The notes: generated by a model not told the origin, from the sequence alone. A stretch of DNA of 64,000 nt from an uncultured Candidatus Saccharibacteria bacterium (GCA_964349135.1 CAYGFK010000001.1:10717-74716); one strand, 5' to 3'; numbered from the stretch's first letter, positions 8,518 to 18,430 are shown. A program made the numbers and translations.

Positions 8518-11500
8518 CTAAGACTGCACAGGTTTTGGTGTCTGGATGTCGAGTGTCTTCATTTTTTCGATGATGATGGACGTCTCGCCGTTTCGGTTCG
8601 AGACTCGTCCGCGGATAGCGATACAAGCTTCAGGTTGAATAAGTGATTGATATTCCTCGAATCCTTTCGGGAAGATGACGCACTCCACAGAACCTGAGAG
8701 GTCGCCGAGGCGTATAAAAGCCATTTGGTCGTTCTTTTTGGTGAAAAGCATCCGTATATCTTCGATAATACCACCGAGCACGACCTGCATACCTTCCCGA
8801 TACTCACTCTTCACTCGAGAAATATTCACCTCGCGCTTTTCGAGGATGGTTCTGAATTTATCGAGCGGGTGTCCTGAGATGTAGAGACCGAGTAGCTCCT
8901 TTTCCCATGCAAGTCTTTCGGCAAGCGGAGTTTCCGGTGTGCTGACGAGGCGAAGTTGGTTGTGTGAAGAATCTACGCCGAAAAGAGAGTTCTGGTTGCG
9001 TGCCCCGCTTGAGTATTCTTTATGGTAAGCGAGAAGTGCTTCAAGGTTACCCATAAGCGTCCCGCGTTCCCCGAAGAGGTCGAGTGCACCTGATTTAATG
9101 AGTGCTTCGAGCGATTTCTTATTGAGATTTTTATCTTGGACACGTTCGAGGAAGTCAGCAAGCGACGCATACACACCTCCTTTCTTACGTTCCTCGATAA
9201 TGCTCTTGGCGATGCCCTCGCCGAAATTTTTGATGGTCGTGAGGCCGAAGCGAATGGTGTCGACCGTTACGGTACCTGTTCCTGCTCTTACCACGGAGAA
9301 TCCGGCGAAACTTTCGTTGATGTGGGGTGGGAGTACGGGGATGGCCATGCGTTTACACTCGGTGATAATCTCTCCTATCTTTTCGATGTCGCCTGAATCG
9401 GCAGTAAGTACCGCCGACATATAAATAGCAGGATAGTTTGCTTTCATGTAGGCGGTTTGGTAGGCGACTCGTCCGTAGCTTGCCGCATGTGCTTTGTTGA
9501 ATCCGTAGGCCGCGAATGGTTCGATGAGATGCCAGAGTTCCTCGGCTCTCTGGGATGAGAGGCCGTTTTTTTGGAACCCTTCAATGAGTTTTTCTTTCTG
9601 GGCGGCCATTTCTGCCGGGATTTTCTTTCCCATTGCTTTGCGCAGTTTGTCGGCTTCAAGCCATGAGTAGCCTGCGAGTCTGATGGCGATAAGCATGACG
9701 TCGTCTTGATACGTGATGACGCCGAATGATTGAGACAAGATATCTTCCAGGCGCGGGTCAAGGTAGGAAACGAGGCGTGGATTATGCTTGCGTTCAATGT
9801 AGCGGGGAATCGACTCCATAGGGCCCGGACGATAAAGCGCGACCATGGCATTGATATCGTAGATGCTTGAAGGTTTCAGGTCTTTGAGATAACGAGTCAT
9901 GCCTGAGCCACCGAGTTGGAATACGCCGATGGTCTCTCCGCGCGCAAGCATTTCATAGGTTTTTATGTCGCCGAGCGGTATGTTTTCGATGTCTACCGTT
10001 ATGCCAAGAATGGCTTGTACGCGGTGCACGGCATCTGCGAGGATGGCGAGGTTTTTGATGCCAAGAAAATCGAACTTGAGAAGTCCCGCATCTTCGACTG
10101 CATGCATGTCATATTGCGTGATGACTTTACCTTCGCCTTTTGGGTCGTATTGCAGAGGAACGTAGTCGGTGATGGCCGTTGGGGAAATGACGACACCGGC
10201 CGCATGGACGCTGATATGTCGCGCGCATCCCTCCACTTTTTTTGCCATCGCGATAATGTCTTTTGTGGCTTTATCTTTCTGCGCTAACTTCTTGAGTTCG
10301 GGAATCATTTCAAGTGCGCGCTCGATGGACATGGGGAATCCTTGCGAACCGAAAGGAATAAGTTTCGCAATTTGGTCACCTTTCGCGTAGTCATGGCCAA
10401 GTGCACGCGCAACATCACGCACACTTCCGCGTGCCATCATGGTGCCGAAGGTCCCAATTTGGGCGACTTTATCGGCGCCATATTTCTCGCGTACATAGGC
10501 AATCATATCGTCTCGTCTATTATCGGCGATATCCATGTCGATATCGGGAGCCGAAGGGCGTTCCGGGTTGAGAAATCGTTCGAACGGGAGTTTGTAGGCA
10601 AGCGGGTCGACCGTAGTAATGTAGGTGAGATAGGAAACGAGCGACCCTCCGGCGCTTCCGCGCGTGGTGCTCAAGATATTGTGCGTTCGGGCATAGGCAA
10701 GAAGGTCGGCGACGACAAGAAAATAAGGCGAGTACCCTTTCTTTTTAATGATATCAAGTTCGTATTCAATACGTTTTTCGACTTCCGGTGTCTTCTCCAT
10801 TTTTCGTTCGGTAAGTCCTGCGTACGTTTTTTCCCGGAGTTCTTGGTCATGACTTTTTCCCTTTTCGGTTTTGTAGTCAGGAAAGACCCATGTACCGAGT
10901 TCAAGCGAGAGCGAACATCGGTCGACGATTTTTTGATTGTTTGAGAGCGCGTCCGGAACATCACTAAAGAGCTCAGCGATTTTCTCTTGCGTTAAAAACG
11001 ATAGGTCAAGTCCGTTGTCTCGAACGGAGATTTCTCCGTAATCGGGATTATTCTGTACGGAGAGAAGTGTTTCGTGCGCTCGTTTATCGTCAGGCGTAAG
11101 GTAGTAGATATCATGTCCTGCAACGAGGGGGACATCCTCTTCTTTTGCAAAATCAGTAAGGTCGGGGATATCAAAATTTGGGACTTCGGGATGGCGGGTA
11201 ATCTCAAGAAAGAGATTTTTCTTGCCGAAGATTTCTCGTAATCCCATGAGTTTTTCTCTGGCTTTCGCTCGGTCCTTGTTTTTGAGTGCCTGTGCAATAT
11301 CCCCGAAGTAGGCAGGGCTGATGGCGATGAGGCCGTCCGCGTATCTCTCCAAGAGCTCCATGTCTACGCGCGGGCGGTAGTAGAAACCTTCAAGATGTGC
11401 AGCCGTGACGAGCTTGATAAGGTTTTGGTAGCCCGCTTTATTCTCAGCCAGGAGCACAAGGCGACCGCGTCGATTATCAACTCCTGTTTGCTTGTCGGTT

Positions 11501-11721
11501 CGTAAGCGGGCTGCGGTATAGACCTCGACTCCGATGATTGGTTTCAGTCCTTCTTTTTTACAGGATTTGTAGAACTCAAGCGCCCCGTAGAGGTTGCCGA
11601 GGTCGGTGAGCGCAAGCGCTTCCATGCCATTGTTTTTTGCTGCGGCAATGAGCTCTCCTATCTTAGGTAGGGCGGAGAGTAGAGAGTAATGGGAGTGAGT
11701 ATGTAGGTGGGTGAATTTCAC
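8518..11721 (-). CDS. dnaE: DNA polymerase III alpha subunit
   Basis: PHP domain (FTHLHTHSHYSLL), polymerase core, and a C-terminal OB region. Start set at the GTG (VKFTHLH) preceded by GGAGG. The 19-aa extension in the track ORF (MPIITYCR...) reads through the RBS. Confidence 0.93.
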   Translation of the reverse strand: MKFTHLHTHSHYSLLSALPKIGELIAAAKNNGMEALALTDLGNLYGALEFYKSCKKEGLKPIIGVEVYTAARLRTDKQTGVDNRRGRLVLLAENKAGYQNLIKLVTAAHLEGFYYRPRVDMELLERYADGLIAISPAYFGDIAQALKNKDRAKAREKLMGLREIFGKKNLFLEITRHPEVPNFDIPDLTDFAKEEDVPLVAGHDIYYLTPDDKRAHETLLSVQNNPDYGEISVRDNGLDLSFLTQEKIAELFSDVPDALSNNQKIVDRCSLSLELGTWVFPDYKTEKGKSHDQELREKTYAGLTERKMEKTPEVEKRIEYELDIIKKKGYSPYFLVVADLLAYARTHNILSTTRGSAGGSLVSYLTYITTVDPLAYKLPFERFLNPERPSAPDIDMDIADNRRDDMIAYVREKYGADKVAQIGTFGTMMARGSVRDVARALGHDYAKGDQIAKLIPFGSQGFPMSIERALEMIPELKKLAQKDKATKDIIAMAKKVEGCARHISVHAAGVVISPTAITDYVPLQYDPKGEGKVITQYDMHAVEDAGLLKFDFLGIKNLAILADAVHRVQAILGITVDIENIPLGDIKTYEMLARGETIGVFQLGGSGMTRYLKDLKPSSIYDINAMVALYRPGPMESIPRYIERKHNPRLVSYLDPRLEDILSQSFGVITYQDDVMLIAIRLAGYSWLEADKLRKAMGKKIPAEMAAQKEKLIEGFQKNGLSSQRAEELWHLIEPFAAYGFNKAHAASYGRVAYQTAYMKANYPAIYMSAVLTADSGDIEKIGEIITECKRMAIPVLPPHINESFAGFSVVRAGTGTVTVDTIRFGLTTIKNFGEGIAKSIIEERKKGGVYASLADFLERVQDKNLNKKSLEALIKSGALDLFGERGTLMGNLEALLAYHKEYSSGARNQNSLFGVDSSHNQLRLVSTPETPLAERLAWEKELLGLYISGHPLDKFRTILEKREVNISRVKSEYREGMQVVLGGIIEDIRMLFTKKNDQMAFIRLGDLSGSVECVIFPKGFEEYQSLIQPEACIAIRGRVSNRNGETSIIIEKMKTLDIQTPKPVQS

Positions 11722-11778
11722 GTTGCCTCCATTATACCCGAATCCATCACAGGACCTGCAGTACGTTATAATGGGCAT

Positions 11779-12378
11779 ATGATGAGGCTCGTCGGTGTAG
11801 ATGAAGTGGGTCGAGGTCCTGTTGCGGGGCCGGTGACGGTGTGCGCCGTGATTCTCCGGCGTTCTCTTCCGCGCGGATTCTTTACCGGTATACGTAACTC
11901 AAAAGCACTTACTGAGACGGCACGGCTTGCGTGGTATCGGAAGGCACGTGAGGCACGCACGAAAGCGTTCCTCCAGTTTGCTGTTGCATCACGGAGCGCG
12001 AATTTCATTGACCGACGGGGGATTGCCAGTGCGCTACGTGCATCGGTCGCGAGTGCGCTGAAGAGACTTGAATGTAAACCGTCCGAAGCACAGATTTTTC
12101 TCGACGGCAGTTTGTATGCGCCCGTCGTCTATAAAAATCAGAAAACAATAGTTCGAGGTGACGAGAAGGTGCCACTTATCGCGCTTGCGTCCATTATTGC
12201 CAAGGTGCACCGTGACAGGCGTATGAAGCGGCACGCCAAACGGTTCCCCGAATATGGCTTTGATGCGCATGTTGGCTATGGGACACCCGCGCACTACCAT
12301 GCCATACGTGCGCATGGGCCATGTAAACTCCATCGGATAAGCTTTCTTACCATACTGTTGCAGAATAAGCGTTCGTGA
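11779..12378 (+). CDS. rnhB: Ribonuclease HII
   Basis: VGVDEVGRGPVAGPV motif at the N-terminus. Start moved to the internal MMRLVG; the track ORF start overlaps dnaE. Confidence 0.88.
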   Translation: MMRLVGVDEVGRGPVAGPVTVCAVILRRSLPRGFFTGIRNSKALTETARLAWYRKAREARTKAFLQFAVASRSANFIDRRGIASALRASVASALKRLECKPSEAQIFLDGSLYAPVVYKNQKTIVRGDEKVPLIALASIIAKVHRDRRMKRHAKRFPEYGFDAHVGYGTPAHYHAIRAHGPCKLHRISFLTILLQNKRS

Positions 12379-12394
12379 GGTATACTCTTTCCCA

Positions 12395-12625
12395 ATGGTA
12401 GTACGAATGCGAGCAACCCGTGGACACACCGGCAATCGCCGGAGTCATCATGCGCTCAAGGAGCCGCGTCTTTCTGCGTGCGCTTCCTGTGGGACTTCGC
12501 ATGTACGCCATCGCGTGTGCCCGAACTGCGGTAAATACCGTGGCCGGGAAGTCATCAATGTCGCTCTCCATGCGGAGAAGCGCTTGAAGAAACAGAAAGC
12601 GCGCGAGAAGGAAATGGTGAAGTAG
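12395..12625 (+). CDS. rpmF: 50S ribosomal protein L32 (C-terminal basic extension)
   Basis: RRSHHAL motif and a Zn ribbon C..C...CPNCG. Confidence 0.8.
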   Translation: MVVRMRATRGHTGNRRSHHALKEPRLSACASCGTSHVRHRVCPNCGKYRGREVINVALHAEKRLKKQKAREKEMVK

Positions 12626-12675
12626 TCACGCCTTTGCGTGCTGAGTCAGTCCTTCCCAAGAGCACTTTTTTGTAA

Positions 12676-13593
12676 ATGGCAAACAGGCACCTTTCACGTT
12701 CAGTCGCACTGCAGACCCTCTTCGAGTGGGATACGAGGAATGTTCTCGAGAGTGATATGCAGAACGTTATGGAGCGCAACATCATTGAGTTCGCGCCGGG
12801 TCTTGGCGACTCTGATTTTGCAGAAAGACTTATCAGTACCGTGCTCGGGAAGCATACCGACCTCGATACTATTATTCAAAAAGCGGCACCCGATTGGCCG
12901 CTCGAAAAGATTTCAACGGTAGACCGCAACGTCCTTCGTATAGGGCTTGCGGAACTTTTATTCTCGGACAGAAAAGAAGTCCCGGCTAAAGTGGCTATCA
13001 ATGAAGCGATTGAGCTTGCGAAGACGTTTGGTGGCGAGAACAGTGGCAAGTTTGTCAACGGTGTGCTCGGTAGCGTTTATAAAGAGCTTGGCGAGCCGGG
13101 AAAAGATGAAGAGTCGAAGCATAAAAAGAATCAAATCACGCTTCAGCGTTTAGCGGGTGCTATTGTGTACGCGCAACACTCTGGAGCAACGTACGTTGCC
13201 TTGGTGCACGATGTGTTCGGACACTGGACCCTTTCGAAGGGAGGTGTTGAAGAAGGTGAAGACTTGGAGAAGGGCGTTGTGCGCGAGCTCAAGCAGGAAC
13301 TCGGTCTCAAGCATCTTAAGGTGAAGGACCGTTTGGGCGAGAACCAGTATATGGCGAGCCATCCTGAAAAAGGGAAACTACTGAAACAGGTCTCGTACTT
13401 TCTTGTTGAGTCGAAATTCGAGGACATTAAACTTGAAGAGAAGGGGGGGCTCGATGACGCGCGTTGGTTTAAGCTTGCCGATATCGTGGACCTCAATTTT
13501 TACGATGATATCTTGCCAATTGTGACGAAGGCGGTTACTATGCTCCTTGCCGTCGGTACAGGCGGTAAGAGGAAGAAGAACGTTACCAAGTAA
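12676..13593 (+). CDS. nusB: NusB antitermination factor fused to a C-terminal Nudix hydrolase domain
   Basis: Residues 1-140 match NusB (VPAKVAINEAIELAKTFGGENSGKFVNGVL). Residues about 160-300 carry the Nudix box GGVEEGEDLEKGVVRELKQELGL. It is one continuous 305-aa ORF. Confidence 0.8.
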   Translation: MANRHLSRSVALQTLFEWDTRNVLESDMQNVMERNIIEFAPGLGDSDFAERLISTVLGKHTDLDTIIQKAAPDWPLEKISTVDRNVLRIGLAELLFSDRKEVPAKVAINEAIELAKTFGGENSGKFVNGVLGSVYKELGEPGKDEESKHKKNQITLQRLAGAIVYAQHSGATYVALVHDVFGHWTLSKGGVEEGEDLEKGVVRELKQELGLKHLKVKDRLGENQYMASHPEKGKLLKQVSYFLVESKFEDIKLEEKGGLDDARWFKLADIVDLNFYDDILPIVTKAVTMLLAVGTGGKRKKNVTK

Positions 13594-13663
13594 TCTGATT
13601 TGGAAGAGAAAGGGCCTCGCCACCTCTCGGGTGTCGGTTCGTTTCTTCTCCGGATCCACACGT

Positions 13664-14353
13664 ATGGATTTTAAAGAATTTGAGCGTCGCGCGAATGTTT
13701 CGTTCCGCGACCAGGCGTTGTTGAGGCAGGCATTTACGCATCGTTCATACCTCAACGAGCACAAGAATTCAGGACTCGAGCACAATGAACGCCTCGAGTT
13801 TTTGGGCGATGCGGTACTTGAGCTAGTGGTGACCGAACATCTCTTTTCGAAATATCCAAACTATCCGGAGGGCGATATGACATCGTTGCGCGCTTCCGTG
13901 GTAAACGCCGATGCACTTTCGGAAGTTGCAACAGAAGTTGGCATGAATGATTTTCTTTTACTCTCACGTGGTGAAGCGAAAGATAAGGGTCGCGCACGAC
14001 GTTATATTCTCGCGAATACCTTTGAAGCGTTTGTCGGTGCGCTGTTCCTCGACCAGGGATACAATGCCTCACGCGATTTTGTTGCCGCACATTTGTTTCC
14101 GATGCTTGAAAAAATCGTCGCGGACGGTTTATGGACAGACTCGAAGAGTTCGTTTCAAGAAGAAGCGCAAGAACGCGCAGGGGTAACACCTGCATATCAA
14201 ACGCTTTCAGAAGAAGGCCCGGACCACGATAAAATATTCACCGTTGGCGTTTTTGTTGGTGACGAGCAAGTGGCTTTAGGTAAGGGAAAATCGAAACAAG
14301 AGGCTGAACAGGTCGCCGCACGCGAGGGCCTGAAGGCTAAGGGCTGGGATTAG
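13664..14353 (+). CDS. rnc: Ribonuclease III
   Basis: ERLEFLGDAVLEL signature and a C-terminal dsRBD. Start taken at MDFKEF inside the track ORF. Confidence 0.9.
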   Translation: MDFKEFERRANVSFRDQALLRQAFTHRSYLNEHKNSGLEHNERLEFLGDAVLELVVTEHLFSKYPNYPEGDMTSLRASVVNADALSEVATEVGMNDFLLLSRGEAKDKGRARRYILANTFEAFVGALFLDQGYNASRDFVAAHLFPMLEKIVADGLWTDSKSSFQEEAQERAGVTPAYQTLSEEGPDHDKIFTVGVFVGDEQVALGKGKSKQEAEQVAAREGLKAKGWD

Positions 14354-14361
14354 AGAGAGTA

Positions 14362-14391
14362 AAAAGCGGGACGAACAGCCCGCTTTTTTGT
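14362..14391 (+). terminator. Rho-independent terminator after rnc
   Basis: agcgggACGAACAGcccgct followed by T6. Confidence 0.65.
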
Positions 14392-14418
14392 TGTCTAAAT
14401 TCCTGCTACAATTTTCCT

Positions 14419-16677
14419 ATGTATCTGAAGGGCCTTGAGCTCTCCGGTTTCAAGTCGTTTGCCAAGAAGACTTCTCTTGGCTTTTCTTCGCCTATCACTT
14501 CTATTGTCGGTCCGAACGGTTCGGGAAAATCAAATGTGGCGGAAGCATTCAGGTTTGTTCTTGGCGAGCAATCCATCAAGTCGCTTCGTGGAAAACGTGG
14601 TGAAGACCTCATCTTTAACGGTTCACGCACCATTGGTCGGCAAAATCGCGCTTCCGTAAAGATTACTCTCGACAATTCAAAGCGTCTGCTCGACATTGAT
14701 TTCGATGAGGTGACCATCGAGCGTATCGTGCATCGCGACAATAATAATGAGTATCTCATCAACGGTAGCCAGGTTCGTCTTAAAGATATTCTGGAGCTTT
14801 TGGCGCAGGCGCATATGGGTCCGACAGGACACCACATCATTTCGCAGGGTGAAGCAGACCGAATTCTTAACGCGAATCTTAAAGAACGGCGACTTATGGT
14901 TGAGGACGCTCTCGGACTCAAGATTTACCAATTCAAGCGTACCGAATCTGAACGCAAGCTTGAGCGGACGCGTGAGAATATCACACAAGTCGAGTCACTG
15001 CGTCGCGAACTTGCGCCACATCTACGGTTTCTGAAGAAACAGGTTGAGAAGATAGAGAAGGCTAAAGAGCTTAAGAAAGCGCTTGCAGAACTTTACGTCG
15101 AATATCTGTCGCTTGAGCGCGCGTACCTTAGAGAGGCCGAACAGACGCTTTCTCGGGAATCGGAAGAGCCAACCAAGAAACTTGCCGAACGTGAGCATGA
15201 CCTTGCGCGCGCAAAGAAGATGCTTGAGCGCTCAAAGACGGGAGATGATAAAAGCACGCAGGTACTTGCAAGCGAGAAGGCGCTTAGGGATTTGCGGAAT
15301 CAAAAAGATGAGCTTTTGCGGGAAGTAGGGAGACTTGAAGGAGAACTTTCTGCCGAAGACCGACGATTGAAAAAACTTACGGATGAGAACGAAGCCGATA
15401 CGCACAAAACAGTCCCGCTTTCCGAAGTTCGGGCACTTGCCGGCGATATTGGGTCCCGGCTCGCTCGGGTTGAAGCAGTGTCTGATGTGTCGATGTTTCG
15501 GCAATTCATTTCCGAGATGAAAACAGTGCTTTCAGGTTTTCTCAAGCGTTTTGAAAGTGCTACGTCTACCGGCGCGCTTGAAGATGCGGTTCGGGGAATT
15601 GAACGTATCAAGACAGAGAAAGAAGAGGTGTCCGGGCGTGTCATTGCGATACAGGAGCGTGAGCGCGAGGAGCATGGAAAGTACGAGGCGCTTCGAGCTG
15701 ATATTGAAAAGGAGAAAGATGAAGGACGTGATGCCGAGCGGGAGATATTTCGTATCATGGCCGAGCAGAATGAGCTACGCGCCATTCTCAATAGTATCAA
15801 GGGCCGAGAGGCGTCTCTTTTGCTTGAGCGGGAAGAGTATAAACGAGAAGAACAAGAAGCCGTAGCCCTCGTAGGTCCGGAAACCGTTCGACGTTCGCAT
15901 GAGGCGGAGGTACCGTCTGTGCTTTCTGACCGCACCACACAACATGAACGTCGTCGGAATCTTGAGAAGATGAAAATTCGTCTTGAGGAGACGGGAAGCG
16001 GAGCCAGTGAAGAAACATTGAAGGAGTTTGAAGAAGTCTCACAACGGGATGCGTTTCTTGAACGTGAAGTCGGCGACCTGAATCGTTCGGCGGAATCCCT
16101 CGAAGTCCTCATCAAGGATTTAACTGCCAGACTCGACATTGAATTCAAGGAGGGAGTGAGGAAGATAAATGTGCAATTTGAAGAATTCTTTAAGCTCATG
16201 TTTGGTGGCGGAAGCGCTTCGCTTGAGGTTGTTCGTCCGGAGAAGCGACGCTCAAGCATGGCGGATGAGTTGTTCGCGACTGAGGCGGGCGCCCTGGTCC
16301 CTCAGGATGAAGAGGAGACTGAAGAGGGAATTGAGATACGAGTAAATTTGCCTCACAAGAAGATTCGCTCGCTTGAAGTCCTCTCGGGTGGTGAGCGTGC
16401 ACTTACCTCTATCGCCCTTCTATTCTCGATTTCACAGGTGAATCCGCCCCCGTTTATTATTCTCGATGAAACTGACGCGGCGCTTGATGAAGCCAACTCA
16501 AAGAAATACGGCGATATGATTGAAAACCTTTCGAGCTATTCTCAACTCGTGCTCATTACCCACAATCGCGAGACGATGTCTCGTGCCAGCGTGCTCTATG
16601 GAGTGACTATGGGGCAGGACGGGATATCGAAGCTTCTCTCTATTCATTTCGACGAGGCCGTGAAAGTTGCCAAATAA
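14419..16677 (+). CDS. smc: SMC-family chromosome-segregation ATPase, short form (752 aa) with no recognisable hinge
   Basis: N-terminal head with GPNGSGKSN. C-terminal head with LSGGERALTSIAL and ILDETDAALD. The middle is all charged coiled coil. Confidence 0.8.
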   Translation: MYLKGLELSGFKSFAKKTSLGFSSPITSIVGPNGSGKSNVAEAFRFVLGEQSIKSLRGKRGEDLIFNGSRTIGRQNRASVKITLDNSKRLLDIDFDEVTIERIVHRDNNNEYLINGSQVRLKDILELLAQAHMGPTGHHIISQGEADRILNANLKERRLMVEDALGLKIYQFKRTESERKLERTRENITQVESLRRELAPHLRFLKKQVEKIEKAKELKKALAELYVEYLSLERAYLREAEQTLSRESEEPTKKLAEREHDLARAKKMLERSKTGDDKSTQVLASEKALRDLRNQKDELLREVGRLEGELSAEDRRLKKLTDENEADTHKTVPLSEVRALAGDIGSRLARVEAVSDVSMFRQFISEMKTVLSGFLKRFESATSTGALEDAVRGIERIKTEKEEVSGRVIAIQEREREEHGKYEALRADIEKEKDEGRDAEREIFRIMAEQNELRAILNSIKGREASLLLEREEYKREEQEAVALVGPETVRRSHEAEVPSVLSDRTTQHERRRNLEKMKIRLEETGSGASEETLKEFEEVSQRDAFLEREVGDLNRSAESLEVLIKDLTARLDIEFKEGVRKINVQFEEFFKLMFGGGSASLEVVRPEKRRSSMADELFATEAGALVPQDEEETEEGIEIRVNLPHKKIRSLEVLSGGERALTSIALLFSISQVNPPPFIILDETDAALDEANSKKYGDMIENLSSYSQLVLITHNRETMSRASVLYGVTMGQDGISKLLSIHFDEAVKVAK

Positions 16678-16718
16678 GACAGTTGACGTATAGCCCATCC
16701 TCTGTTAGCATAGCGAGC

Positions 16719-17108
16719 ATGTTGAAATTACGTTTACAGCGAGTTGGAAAGAAAAATATCCCGTCGTTCCGCATTGTGCTGACCGATTCAAAGAACTCCA
16801 CGAAGAGCGGAAGATTTTTGGAAGTGCTTGGAACGTATGACACTATCAATAATGTTAAAACAGTCGATGGTGACCGTGTGAAGCACTGGATTTCAGTTGG
16901 AGCTCAACCGACTGAGACGCTCCACAATTTTCTCGTTGACCAGAAAGTAATCTCAGGAAAGAAGGTGAACGTTTTGCCTCGTAAAAGTCCGATAAAGAAG
17001 GAAGGTGATGCGCCTCCTGCCTCTACAACTCCTGCCGTTGAGGTTGCTTCTCCAGAGAATGCGTCATCTGCAGAGCCGGAGAAGGTTTCGGAGACTCCTG
17101 CGGTGTAA
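16719..17108 (+). CDS. rpsP: 30S ribosomal protein S16 with an Ala/Pro/Glu-rich C-terminal tail
   Basis: MLKLRLQRVGKKNIPSFRIV is a canonical S16 N-terminus. Confidence 0.9.
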   Translation: MLKLRLQRVGKKNIPSFRIVLTDSKNSTKSGRFLEVLGTYDTINNVKTVDGDRVKHWISVGAQPTETLHNFLVDQKVISGKKVNVLPRKSPIKKEGDAPPASTTPAVEVASPENASSAEPEKVSETPAV

Positions 17109-17240
17109 CACACCTCGTATGGGTAGGAAAGAAAACGAAGCGTCTTTTGACGCCGTTTGCGCGTTGTGATATAAGTTAGAGAGCAGTCACACATGTCGAG
17201 TACTGCACTATATTTACGAGAGAATTGATAGAATAAACCA

Positions 17241-17555
17241 ATGCAAGAATTGGACTCGCAGTTTCTGGACTACGTCGTCAAGGCATTAGTAGACAATCCG
17301 AGTGATGTGAAGATTGAGCGAACGGTCGACGAGATGGGAGTGCTTTTGAAGCTCTCCATCAATCCGAGTGATATGGGCAAGGTCATCGGTCGCATGGGAA
17401 ATACCGCGAAAGCTATCCGTACCCTGTTGCGCGTTGTTGGCATGAAGAATAATGCTCGTGTGAACCTCAAAATCAATGAACCGGAAGGGGCAGCTCCTCG
17501 ACAAGAGAAGGCCACCAAGACGGTTGATGAGGCAATGGCAGACCTTCAGCTCTAA
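17241..17555 (+). CDS. KH-domain RNA-binding protein (UPF0109 / YlqC-like)
   Basis: KH GxxG core VIGRMGNTAKAIR. Typical position after rpsP. Confidence 0.75.
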   Translation: MQELDSQFLDYVVKALVDNPSDVKIERTVDEMGVLLKLSINPSDMGKVIGRMGNTAKAIRTLLRVVGMKNNARVNLKINEPEGAAPRQEKATKTVDEAMADLQL

Positions 17556-17581
17556 TTTCTAAGCGAATCTTAAACACAAAA

Positions 17582-17630
17582 CCCGTTTCTCAATGCAGGA
17601 ACGGGTTTTGTGTTTTTATTATTTCTATTG
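17582..17630 (+). terminator. Strong rho-independent terminator (15-bp perfect stem)
   Basis: aacacaaaacccgtt-TCTCAATGCAGG-aacgggttttgtgtt followed by TTTATT. Confidence 0.7.
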
Positions 17631-17645
17631 CATTATACTCAAGCT

Positions 17646-18323
17646 ATGACTTTCCATGTCATTACGTTATTTCCAAAGGCGTTTACCTCGTACCTAGGCG
17701 AGTCTATTATTGCGCGTGCTATTCGCGATAAAAAGATTGCCGTATTGTTCTATAATCCTCGTGATTACACTACTGATAAGTGGGCTCGAGTTGACCGTAA
17801 GCCGTATGGCGGTGGCCCAGGCATGGTACTTGAAGCACCCGCGTTCGTGAAGGCCATAGAGGCGGCGCAGAAGAAAGCGGGGGGGCGCGCCCGAGTTATC
17901 ATCTTTTCAGCCAGCGGAAAGGAGTTCACGAACGGACATGCGAAAATACTCTCTCGTGGGAAGCGAGATATCATTTTAGTTTGTGGTCGCTACGAAGGTA
18001 TCGATGCGCGCGTCAAGAAAATATTCAAAGCAACTGAAGTATCCGTTGGTCCGTATATTCTCACGGGAGGTGAATTGCCGGCCGAGATTGTTATTGATGC
18101 TGTTTCGCGTCAAATCAAGGGTGTGCTCGGGAACTTCGATTCTGTAGAGGAACGACGGATTTCTACATCAGAAGTTTATACTCGGCCAGAGTTTTTCACC
18201 TATAAAGGTAAGAAGTATAACGTCCCGAAAGTTCTGCTTTCTGGTCACCACGCTCGTATGGATGATTGGAAACAGGGGAAGAGACAGAAAGAGCAGAAAG
18301 AGCAGAAAGAGATAGGGAAATAA
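17646..18323 (+). CDS. trmD: tRNA (guanine37-N1)-methyltransferase
   Basis: MTFHVITLFP..., SPOUT core, and PYGGGPGMVL. Confidence 0.9.
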   Translation: MTFHVITLFPKAFTSYLGESIIARAIRDKKIAVLFYNPRDYTTDKWARVDRKPYGGGPGMVLEAPAFVKAIEAAQKKAGGRARVIIFSASGKEFTNGHAKILSRGKRDIILVCGRYEGIDARVKKIFKATEVSVGPYILTGGELPAEIVIDAVSRQIKGVLGNFDSVEERRISTSEVYTRPEFFTYKGKKYNVPKVLLSGHHARMDDWKQGKRQKEQKEQKEIGK

Positions 18324-18338
18324 GCCCACTCGCTTAAA

Positions 18339-18371
18339 CCCATATCTGGACTTACGAAGTCCAGATATGGG
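18339..18371. repeat. 13-bp perfect inverted repeat (cccatatctggac-TTACGAA-gtccagatatggg) with no T-run
   Basis: Read directly from sequence. Lies immediately after the trmD stop. Confidence 0.7.
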
Positions 18372-18401
18372 AGGGTAATCCACAGGGTCCTATTTTGACC
18401 C

Positions 18402-18430
18402 TTGACATAATAATAGGGGTGGTATAGACT
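18402..18430 (+). promoter_or_regulatory. Putative sigma-70 promoter for rpoBC (TTGACA-17-TAGACT)
   Basis: Consensus -35 and a near-consensus -10, about 185 nt upstream of the rpoB ATG. Confidence 0.45.

Noticed and set aside
11722-11778. N-terminal 19-aa extension of dnaE (MPIITYCRSCDGFGYNGGN) and of rnhB (MGEFHVASIIPESITGPAVRYNGH)
   Set aside because: Both extensions read through the 57-bp divergent intergenic region, including a TATAAT and a GGAGG RBS. Conserved N-termini begin at the GTG (VKFTHLH) and at MMRLVGVDE respectively.
15300-16259. Long antisense ORFs inside large genes (e.g. 15300-16259 inside smc; 7197-7793 in thrS; 25143-25769 across rpoC/dnaG; 23428-23889 in rpoC)
   Set aside because: They are shadow ORFs on the opposite strand of strongly supported conserved genes. 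Their low-complexity Ser/Arg-rich translations are typical of antisense reading of a gene with GC around 50%.
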